Shown: positions 63,593-64,000 of the stretch, piece by piece | How positions within the stretch are numbered: position 1 is the first letter of the stretch | How the letters are laid out: every line of letters starts with the position of its first letter | NCBI RefSeq assembly: GCF_009914755.1 | Contig: NC_060934.1 | From: the human T2T-CHM13v2.0 reference genome, Homo sapiens | DNA length: 64,000 nt | Direction: 5' to 3' (one strand) | Program-made: the position numbers and the translations under genes | Notes under the pieces: generated by a model | Seen by the model: the letters and a program-made list of their open reading frames with translations, nothing else | The model's database searches: none | What the model was told of the DNA's origin: nothing

Positions 63593-64000
63593 GTATAGCA
63601 GCATGTAGGGACCAAGAGTATCTGGGAGTTAGGCTTGGCAGTGAAAGAGCCTCTGAAGTTATGGGAAAGGGCCACACTCCCTAATACCCCAAGTTCTACA
63701 CACCCAAGTCCATACTTAAGAAAGGATATTTTAGTAAGTGAATAAAATGTTCAAACTCTTAGTATATATAGGGGTAGGATTTTATGTATGTTAAAAAAAA
63801 AAGCCCCCTTGTGCATCTCCCTATGGGGGATTCAAAGGGGAAGGGGCACAGGGAGAGAAAGACTGGGCCCGTATACTCTGGGGTTTGGGGCTACAGATTT
63901 AACTATTCAATATCTGGGAGGAAGAGGATAAGAGGAGACTCATAGACATCCCAGGTCATAAATATTCACAACTAGCACATCTTTATATCACTTGATACCT

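Overview
Eukaryotic, primate (almost certainly human) genomic DNA from inside the ENTPD1 (CD39, ectonucleoside triphosphate diphosphohydrolase 1) gene on the + strand. The window holds the 3' ~44 kb of the first intron, three internal coding exons (44335-44462, 60789-60906, 63442-63592) and the introns between them. These exons encode the N-terminal transmembrane helix, apyrase conserved region 1 (DAGSSHT) and apyrase conserved region 2 (GATAGMRLL). The first exon and the downstream exons lie outside the window. The rest is mostly transposable elements: a nested antisense L1 cluster at about 20240-29620 (old L1PA host, MER11 LTR, truncated Alu, and a near full-length L1PA7-like element with a TSD-bounded 3' transduction), a 5'-truncated antisense SVA, a long fossil CR1/L3, and many Alus, MIRs, L2s, LTRs and DNA transposons. 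Nearly all other ORFs in the track are repeat-derived or chance. I found no evidence of a new multi-gene system. The best leads are a possible L1-antisense-promoter first exon that would splice in frame to CD39 exon 2, the L1 3' transduction, several locally templated duplications, and an inverted-Alu layout around an in-frame exon 2+3 block. Repeat subfamily names come from recall of consensus sequences, and repeat boundaries without a stated TSD are approximate.
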